Assembly: GCF_030144855.1 (NCBI RefSeq)
Contig: NC_082717.1
Location: forward strand, 4,898,001 to 4,962,000
DNA: 64,000 nucleotides
DNA from: Hypanus sabinus
Lineage: Eukaryota
Direction: 5' to 3'
A program made the translations under genes and the position numbers. The notes below the pieces were generated by a model. It was not told the DNA's origin and made no database searches. It worked only from the letters and a program-made list of their open reading frames with translations. Of the stretch, positions 11,940 through 25,686 are shown in pieces (positions within the stretch are counted from its first letter, which is position 1; the number at the start of each line of letters is the position of its first letter).

Positions 11940-12150
11940 ACAGTAAGTTTCATGCTGTCATACAGATAAACGTCTAGTGTACCTGTTGTTGGGCTGGTGT
12001 TTGCAGCCTCACCACGAGCAGCCGTACTGTCAGGAAGAGGAAACAGTGTACCTGGCTTGTTTCTCACATTTCAGTCTGATAATGCTGTGTGGGCGTCAGG
12101 AGTGAGTTTCAGTGAATCATGTAAATGTGGATGGAAACATTCAGATACTC
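11940..12150 (+). repeat. Locally duplicated block, copy 2
   Basis: Clear similarity to 8190..8400. Confidence 0.85.
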
Positions 12151-12529
12151 CACAATTTGTTAGTATCTTTTCAGCAGCTTCCACAGGACATACCGTACAA
12201 GTTAATTGGGTGAACTTTCTGAAGACAGGAAGCACCTGGGCATTCACAACACAAATCCAAAAGAAATGGCTCATATAAACGCAAGAAAAACTAGTGATTA
12301 AGACAAGGAGAAGCATTGGAGGGAAGAAAAGAAATGAGGTGAAAGAAATTTAAAAAATAATGTGAAGAGAGCTAACACTAATGACAAACAAATTTACAGA
12401 AAAAGGATCAGGGGCAATGTGTTCAGTGTGAAGAAACACAGACAAAGTATTAGAGAGGCAGAGAGGAAAAGAACCCAAAATCTGGAAATTCTCAACAAAT
12501 CAGAGCACTGTGTGGAGAGAGAAGCAGGT

Positions 12530-13560
12530 TTCCAGGCAGAGTTTTAAGGTGCTTGGAAGCAGGTAGAGTGGATTTGTAAGTTTTTTTACGCAGAGAGTGT
12601 TGAGTGTATGGAATGGGCTGCCAGCAATGGTGGTGGAGGTGGATACTACAGAATTTTTTAAGAGACTCCTGGATAGGTACATGGAGCTTAGAAAAATAGA
12701 GCGCTATGGGTAAGCCAAGGTAATTTTTAAAGTAAGTACACGTTTATCACAGCATTGTGGGCCAAAGGGCCTGGATTGTTCTGTAGGTTTTCTATGTTCT
12801 ATGTTCTAAATTTTCCCTGCAGCTTTTCAATCTTATTGATATCTTTCCTGCAGGTAGGTAACCAGAGTAGGTAGACACTGCACCCAATACTCTAAATTCA
12901 GTCTCCACAATGTTTTACAGAATTTCAATGTACCATCCCAGGTATTGTACTCTATACTCTGATTTATGAAGGTCAATGTTACAAAAGCTCTCTTTATGAT
13001 ACTATCTGAGAAACCACTTTCAAGGAATTATGGACCTGGATTCACAGATCCCTCTGTTCTACTGCATCCTTCTGTGCTCTACTGTTCACTTTATAAGCCG
13101 TATCCTCGTCTGCCCTCTCAAAGTGCAACATCACACACTCGCCTGCATCAAATTTCCTCTGCCCATTTTTCCAGATCCTGTTTGATAGTCTTCTTTGCTG
13201 TCCACTACACTTCCCAGTCTTGGTGCAATGCACAAATTTAATCATTCACATTATCATATTATAATCAAAGTTATTAATGTGGATGATAACAACTATAGAC
13301 TCAGCACCAATCCTTGTGGCACAGAACAAGTTACAGACCTCCGTTCGGAGAGACAAACAGCTACTACCACACTCTGGCCTCTCCTGCTTAGCCAATATTG
13401 AATGGTAAGCCAGTTTACCTTCTGGACCAGCCTTCCATGCAGGACTTTGCCAAACACCTTGCTGAAGTCATATGGAGGATGCCCATCACCTTCATACAAT
13501 TCCATGGCTAATTTATAGAGCCTTTCTTGAACAATGGAACAGTATTTGGTATTCTTCAAT
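12530..13560. mobile_element. CR1 fragments (3' end on +, RT fragment on -)
   Basis: CR1 3' motifs with a ttctatgttctatgttct tail at ~12790; minus-strand DFSKVFGKVLHGRLVQKV...SVPQGLVL (13293..13559). Confidence 0.8.
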
Positions 13561-14019
13561 CCTCCAATAGCTTAATACTCTGCCAGGGCCCCTGTAGTTG
13601 CTGCAAGAGTCAACCACAAGGTCAAGAGGTATGATCTTTCAGAAGTCACCCATTTTAATACAGCTCCCCATTCTGAAATGTGAGTTCATGCCTTCCTCGG
13701 CTGTCAAAACGAGGCCAAACTCAGGTATGGACTGATGGCATGAACACTGATTTCCATCTACTGGTAATTTTCATCCTTTTCCTTTCTTCCTTTTTTCATT
13801 CTCCATTTTCCTCTTTCCTCCTCTTCTGCTTCCTTGCCCCTCACATCCCACTGATGCCCTTCCTCCTTTCCTTTCTTCCACAATCCCCTATACTTTCCTA
13901 TCAACCCTTTAGTTCTATCACCTATCCTTGCCCAGCTTCTTGCCTCATCCCCTTTCTCCTCTCACCTACCTTCCCCCTCTCCTGGTTGCACCTGTCATCT
14001 GCCAGCTTGTACCCCGATG

Positions 14020-17000
14020 GCCAAATCAGCGGCAGGAGCAGAAATTTCTTACAGATCGGTGACCTTACAGAAGGCACATGCGGGGCAGCCATTGTTGGGA
14101 GTAGGCTAGTGGGAAGAGTTGGAGTGTCAGGCTTTGGCGCAAAAGAGTAGGGGTAAGAGTAGGGGTACTAGGAGTGTTAAGCTTTGGTTCAGATATGGCG
14201 TTGGCTATGGGTAAGTTTCTGTTAAGATTCCTTTAATAATTTCTCTTATGGTACATAGTGTAATAAATAGCCATTGTGTGTTCTTCATGCTGGATGTTGG
14301 AGTCCTGGGAGCTCCAGAGTCTCCCAGGGTACTATATTTGTATGAAGTGTATCTGGCTGCAAGTCCTTGAAGACTGTTTGGGATCTGGAGCAGCAGAGGG
14401 ATGACCTTCAGCTTGTATGAGAGAGTGAGGAGATAACTGATCAGAGTTACAGGGTAGAACAGCGGTTAAAAAAGCAAAAATTGCATGCAGTCTTATTGTT
14501 AGGAAGGGCAAACAGATGACAGGACAAAATTGCAGAAATCACGATGAGTATTATTGCATTAGGGATGCAGAATCAAAAAAGGAGCAAATGCAGCACTCAA
14601 AGTGTTTTATCTCAATGCACAGAGTATAGGGAATAGGGTGGATGATCCTGTTGCACTTTTACAGATTGTAGGGTATGATATTGTGGCCATCACTGAATCG
14701 TGGCAGAAGGATGGCTGTAGTTGGGCGCTGAATGTCCAAGGTTACATGTTGTATCGGAGGGATAGGAAGGTAGGCAGAGGGGTGGTGTGGCTCTCCTGGT
14801 AAAAATGGGATCAAATCATTACTAAGATGTGACATAAGATCAGAAGATGTTGAATTCTTGTGGGTTGAGTTCAGAAACTTCAAGGGTAAAAGTACCCTGA
14901 TGAGTTATATGTATTTCTCCAAACAGTAGCAGGGATGTGGAACAAAGTAAAATAGAAAAGGCAAGTCAAAAGGGCAGTGTTATGATCATAAAGGGAGATT
15001 TCAATATGCATGTCGACTGGGAAAATCAGGTTGGTAATGGATCTCAAGAGAGTGAGTTTGCCACTGAGCCTGCTAGGGGAACAGCTATGCTAGATTGGAT
15101 GTTATGTAATGAACTGGAGATGATTAGGGATCTTAAAGAAAAAGAATGCTGAGGAGGCAGTGATCAAAACATGACTGAATTCAACTTGAAATTTAACAGG
15201 GAGAAAGTATAGTCTGACAGCAGTATTACAGTGGAGTAAAGGAGATTACAGTGGTATGAGATGGGAGTTAGACAAAGTAAATTGGAAGGAGTCACTGGCA
15301 GGGATGACAGCAGAGCAGCAATGGCCTGAGTTTCTGGGAAAAATGAGGAAGTTTCAGGATAGATATATTCCAAAAACAATAAAATACACAAAAGTACAAC
15401 TGTGGCTGACAAGGGAGGTAAAGCTAATGTAAGAGCAAAAGAGAGGGCATACAACAAAGCAAAAATTAGTGGGAAGATAGAGGATTGGGAAGCTTTTAAA
15501 CCCCTACAGAGAGCAACTAACATGATCATTAGGGTGGAAAAGATGAAATATGAAATCCACCTAGTAAAAAGTACCAAAGAGGATAGTAAAAACTTTTTCA
15601 AGAGAAATGAGAGTGAATATAGAAAATGAGGCTGGATAAACAAGCAGATGTCTGCTGAATGAAATGAGTATTTGATTGGTTGAATTGATTGATTTGACTT
15701 TACTTCTTACATTCCCCACATACCTAAGGAGAAAGAGTCTTTATGTTATGTCTCCATCTAAATATGCAAAGTGCAATTTACAGTAATTTGTAATAAATAG
15801 TATGTACAACAGGACAGTCAATATAACATAGAGATACAGTTACATTAGCATGAATTAAGCAGTCTGATGGCCTGGTGAAGAAGCTGTCCCAGAGCCTGGA
15901 CCAGAGGAACTGTACCCAAGCATTCTCAAAGAGGTAGAGGTAAAGATTCTGGAGGTGTTAGTCATAATCTTTCAAAAATCATTGGTCTTTGACATGGTGC
16001 CAAGGGACTGGAAAATGTCCCTCCACTCTTTAAGAAAGGAAGAAGACAACAGAAAGGAGATTACAGACCAGTTAGCCTGACCTCAGTTGTTGGGAAGATG
16101 TTAGAGTCAACAGTTAAGGATGAGGTGATGGAGTACTTGGTGACACAGGACAAGATAAGACAAAGTCAGCATGGTGTCCTTAAAGGAAAAAGTTGCCTGA
16201 CAAGCCAATTGGACTTCATTGAGGAGATTACATGCAAGATGGATAAAGGGGAAGTAGTGGATATTGTATATTTATACTTTCAGAAGGCCTTTGACAAGGT
16301 GCCACACAAGTTAAGAGCCTATGGTATTACAGGGAAGTTACTGGCACGGTTAGAACATTGGCTGACTGGTAGGAGGCAGCAAGTGGGAATTAAAGAAATC
16401 TTTTCTGCTTGGCTGTCAGTGACTAGTGGTGTTCTTCAGCAGTTGGTGTTGGGACCACTTTTTATGCAGTATATCAGTGGTTTAGATGATGGAATAGATA
16501 GCTTTGTTGCAAAGTTTGCAAATGTTATGAAGATTGGTGGAGGGGCAGGTAGTTTTGAGGAAACAGGTCGGCTGCAGAAGGACTTAGACAGATTAGGAGA
16601 ATGCAAAGAAACTGGCAAATGAAATGCAATGTTGGAAAATGAATGGACATGTACTTTGGTAGTAGAAATAAATGTGCAGTCTATTTTCTAAACTGGGAGA
16701 AAATCCAAAAATCTGGGATACAAAAGGGACTATGGAGTCATTGTGCAGAACACCTGGAAGGTTAACTTGTGGGTGGAGTCAGTGCTGAAAGAGGCCAATG
16801 CAATGTTAGCATTCATTTCAAGATCTAACATACAAGAGCAGAAATGTGACGCTAACACTTTATAGGCTCTGGCAAGGCCTCGACTTGAGTATTGTGAACA
16901 GTTTTGGGCTCCTCATCTCAGAAAAGATGTGCTGGCCCTGACAAGGGTTCAGAGGAGGTTTACAAGGATGACTCCAGAAATATGAGGAGTGTTTGATGAC

Positions 17001-17350
17001 TCTGTGTCTGTACTCACTGGAAATTTTGAAGGACAAGGGGAAATCTCATTGAAACCTTTTGAAAATAAAGGCCTGGGCAGGATAGATGTGCAAAGGATGT
17101 CTCCCTTGGTGAGGTGTCTAGGACAAAATACCCAGCCTCAGGAACAAGAAACATCCTTTTAAAACAGAGATGCATGGAAATTTCTATTGCCAGAGGATGG
17201 TGAATTTCTGGAATTTGTTACCTCAGGCAGCTGTGGCGGCCAGATTATTTAAGGTGGCTTGTGATAGGCTCTTGATTGGATACAAAATCAAAGGATACAG
17301 GATGAAGGCTAGGGTGTGGGGCTGAGGAGGTGGAGAAAGGATCAGCCAAG
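14020..17350 (+). mobile_element. Degenerate CR1 LINE (5' region, endonuclease, RT)
   Basis: FYLNAQSIGNRVDD...YDIVAITESW (14602..14802); QHGVLKGKSCLT...[10 protein letters not shown]...KFANVMKIGG (16098..16622); many stops and frameshifts. Confidence 0.85.
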
Positions 17351-17499
17351 ATTGAATGGTATCGGTCTCTGCTATTGCTTCTCCCTCTCAATCCCATTTT
17401 CCCTCCTCCTTACTGTGACCTTTGACACCCTTACTAATCAAGAACCTATCACCCTCAGCGTTTAATATACAGTTGACCAATGGCATTTGCCATCTGGCT

Positions 17500-20420
17500 C
17501 TTAAGAAGACCATAAGACATAGGAGCTAATTAGGCCATTCGGTCCAGTGAGTCTGCTCCGTCAATCCATTCTGGCTCATTTATTATACGTCTCAACCCCA
17601 TTCTCCCGCCTTCTCCCTGTAATCTTCGATGCCTTTATCGAAGAGCCTATCAACCTCTGCTTTGATCTCTACAGCCATCTGTGGCAATGAATTTCACAGA
17701 TTCACCACCCTCTGGCTAAAGGAATCCCTCATAATCTTGGTTCTAAATTTATGTCTGACTACTCTGAGGCTGTGTCCTCTTGTCCGAGTCTTCTGCACTG
17801 TCCGAATCATTAAGAAAGGACAGACTGCAGGTGCTGCTAATCTGCAGTGACAAAACAATTTTCTGGAGGAACTCAGTGATGAAGCAGCATCTGTGGGGAA
17901 ATTGTCTACATTTCAGGTTGAAACCCTGCATTCAAGCTTAAAGATGGAACAGTTTCTTAATTTGGATGATCAGCCCTGACCTTTCCAAATGGCACAGCAG
18001 ACTCAACAGATTGAATGGCCCCCTCCAGTTCCTGGGTTTCATGCATTGTTACAGAGGCGTTTACCATCAGATTCTGACCTGCAGTAAGGAAGGCACAGAA
18101 AATCCACAGACACCTTTGTGACATCAGGGACTTGTAGCGTATGTAGCAAGATATACAAACCATAACCAATTGCACATCAGTGACAGCAATGCCTCCCATC
18201 CTGATCAGCTGAGTGTTTTCTAAGCACGGTTTGACCAATTGAATAGTGTGACATGGAGGAAAGCCTCCTCTCTCCCTGAGAAACAGGCCACAGACCATTC
18301 TCCTAAACTGTCTAAGTCCTTCTGCAGCCTACCTGTTTCCTCAGCAATACCTGCCCATCTACCAATCTTCGTACCAACTGAAAGCTTGGCAACAAAGCCG
18401 ACGGAGTATTTTTTGAGTATGTTAAAAAAAAACTAACTGTCCATATTATCCATACTCCTCATGATTTTATAAACTTCTATGAGGTCACCTCTTATTCTCT
18501 GGTTTTCCACAGAATAAAGATTGAGTGGGACCAAATCCTCACTATAACTCATGCCCTCTCATCCAGGCAGTATCCTCTTTAGCACTGTCTTCAGCTTGAC
18601 ATGTCCTTTTGCTAACAGAGTGACCAAAACTGTATACAATACTCTAAGTCTCACCAATAATTCAAACAAATAGAACATACTTTATCAAATCTTACTCTCA
18701 ATGTCCTGGCTGACGGCTAAACACTATCTTCACCAACATGTCTACCTGAGATGCCACTTTCAACAAACCATACACTTGTACTCCAAGATCTCTCTGTTCC
18801 ATCTCGTGACCTCTGCTGGTGTTACTTTCCAGTATGCATCACCTAACCCTTATCTAGGTTGAAATCATTTGCCATTCCTGATCCCATCTTCCTAACTGAT
18901 CCAGATCTCTTTGTAATTCATTGTCACCTGCTTCACCATTAATAATTTCCCTTAATTTAGTAATAGAGTTAAATGGTCATAGAAAAGTACAGTACAGAAA
19001 CAGACCCTTTGGCCCATCCAGCCTGTGCCTATTCCAATCAACCTGCTTGAGAACATAGCCCTGCATACCCCAACCATCAATGTACCTCTCCAAACTTCTC
19101 TTAAACATTGTAATTGAGTTTGTATGCACCACTTGTGCTGACAGCTTGTTCCACAAACTCATGATCCTCTGAGTGAAGAAGGTTCCCCTCATATTCCCCT
19201 TAAACTTTTCACCCTCCAACCTCAAATTACACTACCTCAATGGAAAAAGCTTGCTTGCATTTACCTGATGTACATTCTGCATATATTCAGAAAAAAATGT
19301 TAACCTGAATTCAGTTGGAGAATCGACCTGCAACCATCGAATTCTGCCCCCAACATTGAGCCAATTCTGAATCCACCTCTTTAGCTTCCCTGAATCCCAC
19401 ATAATAAGAACACAAGAACATAAGAAATAGGAGCAGGAGTAGGTGGTCTGACCTGTCGAGCCTGCTCTGCCTTTCAATAGGATCATGGCTGATCTGGCCA
19501 TGGACTCATCTCCACACCTGCCTTTTCCCCATAACCCTTACTTCTACAATGCAGAAATCTCTCCAACCTTGTCTTAAATATATTTACTGAGGTAGCCTCC
19601 ACTGCTTCATTGGGCAGAGAATTTCCACAGTTACACCATTCACTGGGAATAGCAGTTCCTCCTCATCTCTGTCTTCAATCACTCTCCCGAATCTTGAGGC
19701 TATGACCCCAAGTTCTAATCTCACCTACCAGTGGAAACAACATTCCTGTGTTACGAACTGTAACGTCTGAGACGCAAATCAACGGAAGGAGATTTCACAC
19801 TGTGTCTATTCCTGATCAGACCATTGGAGCAGGATTAGGCCGTTCAGGCAAATGCCCTGTTAACATTCATTTCAAGGGATCTAGAATACAAGAGCAGGGA
19901 TGTGATGCTGAGGCTTTAAAAGGCACTGGTGAGGCCTCACCTTGAGTATTGGGAACAGTTTTGGGCATTAGAGAGGGTTCAGAGAAAGTTCACAAAGATG
20001 AATCCAGGAATGAAAGGGTTATCAGATGAGGAACATTTGATGGCTCTGGGTTTGTACTCGCTGGAATTCAGAAGGATGAGGGGGGATCTCATTGAAACCT
20101 TTCAAATATTGAAAAACCGAGACAGAGTAGATGTGGAAAGGGTGCTTACCATGGTGCGGGAGTCTAGGACAAGAGGGCACAAGCTCTGGATAGAGAGGTG
20201 TCCATTCTAAGCAGTGATGCAGAGAAATTTCTTGAATGAGAGGGCGGTAAATTTGTATAATTTATCACCACAAGCAGCTGTGGAGCCCAGGTCATAAGGC
20301 AGAGATTAATAGGTTCTTGATTGGACAAGGTATCAAAGATTATGGGGAGAAGACCGGCCAGTGGGCCTGAGGAGGGGAAAAAATGATCCACCATGATTTC
20401 ACCAGTGGGGAAAAGACACT
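17500..20420. mobile_element. Cluster of CR1 3' fragments on both strands
   Basis: GTFFTQRIMSLWNKL (18977..19225, -); RPHLEYWEQFW...LEFRRMRGDLIETFQIL (19929..20210, +); cataagaacataagaa-type tail at ~19403-19430. Confidence 0.75.
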
Positions 20421-20479
20421 GGTATCTATCTGTGTCCCACATAATATTATTTTTATATATATATTAATAAATTTGGGCA

Positions 20480-20780
20480 CCACAGTTTGGGTCGTAGTTA
20501 GCGTGATGCTATTTCAGCTCAGGTCGTTGGAGTTCATAGTTCAATCCCAGCATTTGCTCTGAGGATGTCGTCCGTCCACCCTGTGGAATGCATGGGTTTT
20601 CCCTGGGTTCCTCGGTTTCCTCCCACAGTTCAAGGCATATTAGATAGGTTAATTAGTCATAGGAAATTGTTCTGTGATTGGATTTGGGTTAACTCGGGGC
20701 TGTTGGTGGTTGCTGGTTGGCACGGGTCAATAGGCCAGATGGACCAACTCCATACTGTATCTGTAAATAAACAAACAAAC
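20480..20780 (+). mobile_element. tRNA-derived V-SINE-like element
   Basis: tRNA-like head (gttagcgtgatgctat...gttcaatccc) followed by a V-SINE-like core gggttttccctgggttcctcggtttcctcccacag. Confidence 0.65.
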
Positions 20781-21999
20781 TTCTAACAAACTCTAGTTAT
20801 GCAATTCACCAAGATCCAGGTCCCATCACGGTTCAGGTGGAGGAACTCAGCAGGCCAGGCAGCATCTGTAGATAAAAGCACTGTCAATGTTTCAGGCTCG
20901 GAATTCTAGCATTGCAGTTTTTCTCTTGTTTATGGTTCATCCCAATGAACAGCTCCCTCCTTCTCCAATACCGGTGCCAGTTTTCCATTAATTCAAACCT
21001 ACTTCTCCTGCACCAATCCTGGAGTCACGCAGTTAACTCTCTAATCTTCTTCACCCTGTGCCAATTTGCACTGGCTCAGGTAATAAACCAGAGATTACCA
21101 CTTATTGTCTCAGGCGAGCAAACACCATCTCCTCTGTAATCTGTAAGGGTCCCTGAAGTTGATGCCCCTTTGCCTCACTTCACTAGACTCTGTGTCTGGC
21201 TCCTGGTTAAATGCAGATGCAAAAATTTATTCAAGGTTTATTTTATGATTGCAATTCAGTGATGACTTTCTGCTGGCGAATAAAACAAAAACAAAACAAC
21301 TAAATACTTTACAAATCACACTTTTTCTGCTAAACGATTACTACAAAGAATAGATTCTAACTTCCCTGCTGGAGTTGAGCTTTTGAACGGACTGTACAAC
21401 CTGGTGCTGGGAACTGAAGTCTCAAATGTGCAGGATGGTAGTGGCATGGCGAGTACGAATCGAGGCAGTGGGGTCCGGGTGAGAGAGCCGAGAATGAGCC
21501 AGTGTAGGGCTATTGTTTGTGAGGACATGGAGACAACTCACTTTGGCAGAACTGAAGTGAGACAGGCAGGGGTGATGCACAGTCAATGCAGTGGGGCCAG
21601 GACCCAGGCTTGAGAGGAAAGAATAACCTGAGACTTTATTAATTCAAACATGGAGCCAAATTGGAAAAGTTGGATACTGGCTGAATTTAGGCAGTTGGGC
21701 AACGGCCTAAGAGTGTATTGAAGCAGGAGGGCCCAGGTCCATGAGCAAGGAATGGCTCGAGGTTTGGATGATTTAAGTGCTTGGCCAGATTGAAAAGGTC
21801 AGTGTGTTGGGGCCTGAGGCGAGGGAGAAGTCAGTTCAGATTACTGCCTGCAAGGTTTTCTCATCTCTGCACTGAACTGAGACCGTAGCCTGCATCTCAG
21901 TGTTAATGGGTGGAAATCCCCCCATGACCACAACCCACTTACCTTTACACCTTTCTCTATCTGTTTAAATATCTGTTCCTCAATGTCCTCTAGTCATTA

Positions 22000-24790
22000 G
22001 GGGTCTGTAGAACAATCCCATCAGTGTGATTGCACCCTTCCTATTCCTGAGTTCTACCCACATGGGCTCTGTCCCTGACCCCACCATTCTGTCTCCCCTG
22101 AGTGTAGCTGTGATATTGTCCCTGGTTAGTTGTGCAATTCTAAACTCTTACCTCCTCCTCCATCTTTTCTTAAACTTTGAAAACCTGCTACATTAATCCC
22201 CCATTCCTGCTCTTTCCTCAGCCAAGTTTCAGTAATGGCTCCAACATCGTAGTTCTACGTACTTTTCCACGCTCTAAGTTCATCGCCCTTACCCATTATA
22301 ACCCTAATATTAATATATACACACTTCAAACTGTCTGACCCATCATACCTGTTATTTTGATTTTGCTTTTCAGTGCTTTCCCTCCCTTCTGATCCAATCC
22401 TTCCCTTACTGACCTGGGGCTCCAGTTCCCAGCCCCCAGCAAAACTAGTTTAAACTCTCCAGAGTAGCATCAGCAAACTTCGCAGACAAGATATTTGTTT
22501 CCCTACAGTTTAGCTGCAACCCATCCCTTTTGTACACGTCACCCCAGCAAAGATTCCAATGTTCCAAGAACTTGAAACTCTATCCCCTGTACCATCTCCA
22601 CAGCCACTCGCTACCACCATTCGTACCTGCACTAGCCCGTGGCACAGGGAGTAATCCAGAGATTACAACCTTGAAGGCCCTTCTCTTCAGCCTCTTTCCT
22701 TGCTCTATATACTCACTGTGTTGGACCTCTTCTTTTTCTGCCCATCATTAAGTCAATATGCATCTCAATGCCTGGCTGTTCCCCTTCCCCCTACATGCTG
22801 ATTTAGGAAAATTTCCTAAACATACTTGACAAACTCGATAGCATCTGGTCCTTTTACAGCATGGGTGTCCCAGTCAATATGAAGAATGTTAAAATCATCT
22901 ACTATCACAAAGTTATGTTTCTTGAAACTGTCTGCAAACTCTTGAAATTTGTTCCTTTAAAGGTCGAAGAAGTTAGGTCTTTATTCTTTGGAGCATAGAA
23001 GGTTGAGGGGGGACTTGATAGAGGTATTTAAAATTATGAGCGGGATAGATAGAGTTGACGTGGATAGGCTTTTTCCAATGAGAGTAGGGGAGATTCAAAC
23101 AAGAGGATACGAGTTGAGAGTTAAGGGTCAAAAGTTTAGGGGTAACACGAGGGGGAACTTCTTTACTCAGAGAGTGGTAGCTGTGTGGAACAAGCTTCCG
23201 GTAGAAGTGGTAGAGGCAGGTTCGATTTTGTCATTAAAAAAAAAATTGGATAAGTACATGGGCAGGAAAAGAATAGGTTATGGGCTGAGTGCAGGTCAGT
23301 GGGACTAGGTGAGAGTAAGCATTCAGCATGGACTAGAAGGGCCAAGGTGGCCTGTTTTGGTGCTATAATTGTTATATTGTTATATAAATCCCTCTGACTG
23401 TCAGGTGGTCTATAAAATAGCCCCATTAATGATGTCATAGCTTTTTTATTTCTCATTTCCAGCCATAATGCCTCACTAGATGAATTCTCCCATCTGTCCT
23501 GACTGGGCACTGCTGAAACATTTTCCCTGGCTTGTAACATCACCTGTCCTTTACACCCGCCGATTCTGTCATGTCTAAAACTACAGAACCCCAGTATATT
23601 GAACTGCCAGTCCTGCTCCTCCTGCAACCAAGTCTCACCAATGGCTACAATGTCATAATTCCAGGTGTTTATCCATGATCGACCATTCACACTCTCTGCT
23701 TTCTGCTGAACTGCCAATGCTCCACCCATGCTAGTAACTTCCCTGTAATTCCATGTTCTCTTATCTTGCTATGCAGCCTCATGTGCGGCACCTTGTCAAA
23801 AATGTTCTGAAAATGCAAGTACACCACGTCTACTGCATCTTCTTTGTCTACCCTGCTTGAAATTTCCTCAAAGAATTGCAGTAGGTTTGTCAGGCAGGAT
23901 TTTCCTTTCAGGAAACCATACTGGCTTTGGCCTATCTTGTCATGTGCTTCTAGGTACTCCATAACTCATCCCTAACAATCAATTCCAACATCTTCCCAAC
24001 CACTAATGACAAGCCAGCAGGTCTATAGTTTCCTTTCTGCTGGTTCTTGAAAGATCATTGTTAATGCCTCCGCATTCTCTCCAGCTACTTCCTTCAGAAC
24101 CCGAGGGTGCGTTCCATCAGGTCCAGGAGATTTATCCACCCTCAGACCATTAAGCTTCCTGAGCACCTTCTCAGTCATAATTTTCACTGCACTTACTTAA
24201 CTTCTGTGACACTCCTGAATGTCCATTATACTGCAGATGCGAAATACTCATTCAGTTCCTCTGCCATCTCTACATCTCTCTCTACAATATCTCCAGCGTC
24301 ATTTAGTATTAGTCCTATATTTATTCTAGACACTCTTTTACCCTTTATATACTTAAGAAACTTTTAGTATCTTCTTTGATATTATTTGCCAACTTCCTTT
24401 CATAATTCATCCTTTCCTTCCTAATGACCTTCTTAGTTTCCTTCTGCAAGGCTTGAAAAGCTTCCCTATCCACTACATTCTCACTATCTCTGGCTTCCTT
24501 GTGTGCCCTCTCTTTTGCATTAACTTTGGCTCTGACTTTACTTGTCAGCCACAGTAGTGTCCTTCTTCCCTTTGAAAATTTCTTCTTAATTGGAATATAT
24601 CTGCCTTGCACTTCCCTCATTTTTTTGCAGAAACTCCAGGCATCGCTGCTCTGCTCTCTATCCTGCAAATGTCTCTTTCCAGTTAACTTTGGCCAGTTCC
24701 CCTTTTAAACCATTGTAATTTCCTTTGTTCCACTGAAATACCGACACACTGGATTTCATATTTTCCCTCTCAAATTTCAATGTGAACTCG
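22000..24790 (-). mobile_element. Degenerate CR1 LINE (ORF1 esterase, endonuclease and RT fragments)
   Basis: YDIVAIGETWLQEEQDWQFNILG (23163..23729); QYGFLKGKSCLTNLLQFFEE...FDKVPH (23687..23962). Confidence 0.8.
22970..23385 (+). mobile_element. 5'-truncated CR1 3' end inserted in the older minus-strand CR1
   Basis: LRGDLIEVFKIM...GNFFTQRVVAVWNKLP; gttatattgttatat tail; closely similar to 35334..35760. Confidence 0.85.
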
Positions 24791-25491
24791 ATCATATTGT
24801 GATCATACTGCTGACAGTACTTGAGGGACTGAGGTACAGAGAGGAATTGGACTTAATTCGTTAAACCGCAGGAAACCGTAGGGTGATCTGAAAGGGAAGC
24901 ATGGATCGGGTGGGTACAGAAAAGCATCGGAGCAGAATTGAACCACTTGGCCTTTTGAATCAGATGTACTTTTTCATTAGGGATAATTTATAATCCCACT
25001 CAACCCCATTCTTCTCCCTTTGCTGTAAAGTTTAACATCCAAAATAATCAAAACATATCAGCCTCCACTATAAATATACCCAATGACCTAGAGTCCACAG
25101 CCACCTATGGCAACGAGTTCCATAGTTTTGCCATCTGTTGGCTAAAGAAACTTATTGTCATTTTTGCTCTAAAGGGAGTTGTGTTCTCTCCTCCAAGACT
25201 TGCACATTTTTGAAAACATCTTCTCCATATCCACTATCTCAGCCTTTCAATATTTGATTATTTTCAATACAATCTCTGCTCATTCTTCTAAACTCCAGCG
25301 GGTATAGACCCAGAACCATCCAACACTCCTCAGGCATTCATACCTGGAATCATTCTTGTGAACGTCCTCTGGACCCTTCCAATTCCAGCACATCTTTTCT
25401 TATATAAGGGACTACTTGCAATACTCCAAGTGTGGTCTGGCTGATGCCTTATAAACCTCAGTCACTCAGTGTTTTTCCCAAAGTTGTGGAA

Positions 25492-25686
25492 NNNNNNNNN
25501 NNNNNNNNNNNNNNNNNNNNNNNNNNNNNNNNNNNNNNNNNNNNNNNNNNNNNNNNNNNNNNNNNNNNNNNNNNNNNNNNNNNNNNNNNNNNNNNNNNNN
25601 NNNNNNNNNNNNNNNNNNNNNNNNNNNNNNNNNNNNNNNNNNNNNNNNNNNNNNNNNNNNNNNNNNNNNNNNNNNNNNNNNNNNNN
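25492..25686. other. Assembly gap (195 N)
   Basis: Run of N. Confidence 1.

Noticed and set aside
12506-12512. CACTGTG heptamer (also at 59532)
   Set aside because: No nonamer at 12- or 23-bp spacing and no adjacent J or D segment.
17957-18298. 113-aa minus-strand ORF in less repeat-like sequence
   Set aside because: No Ig C-W-C pattern or other recognisable motif in the frames I checked.
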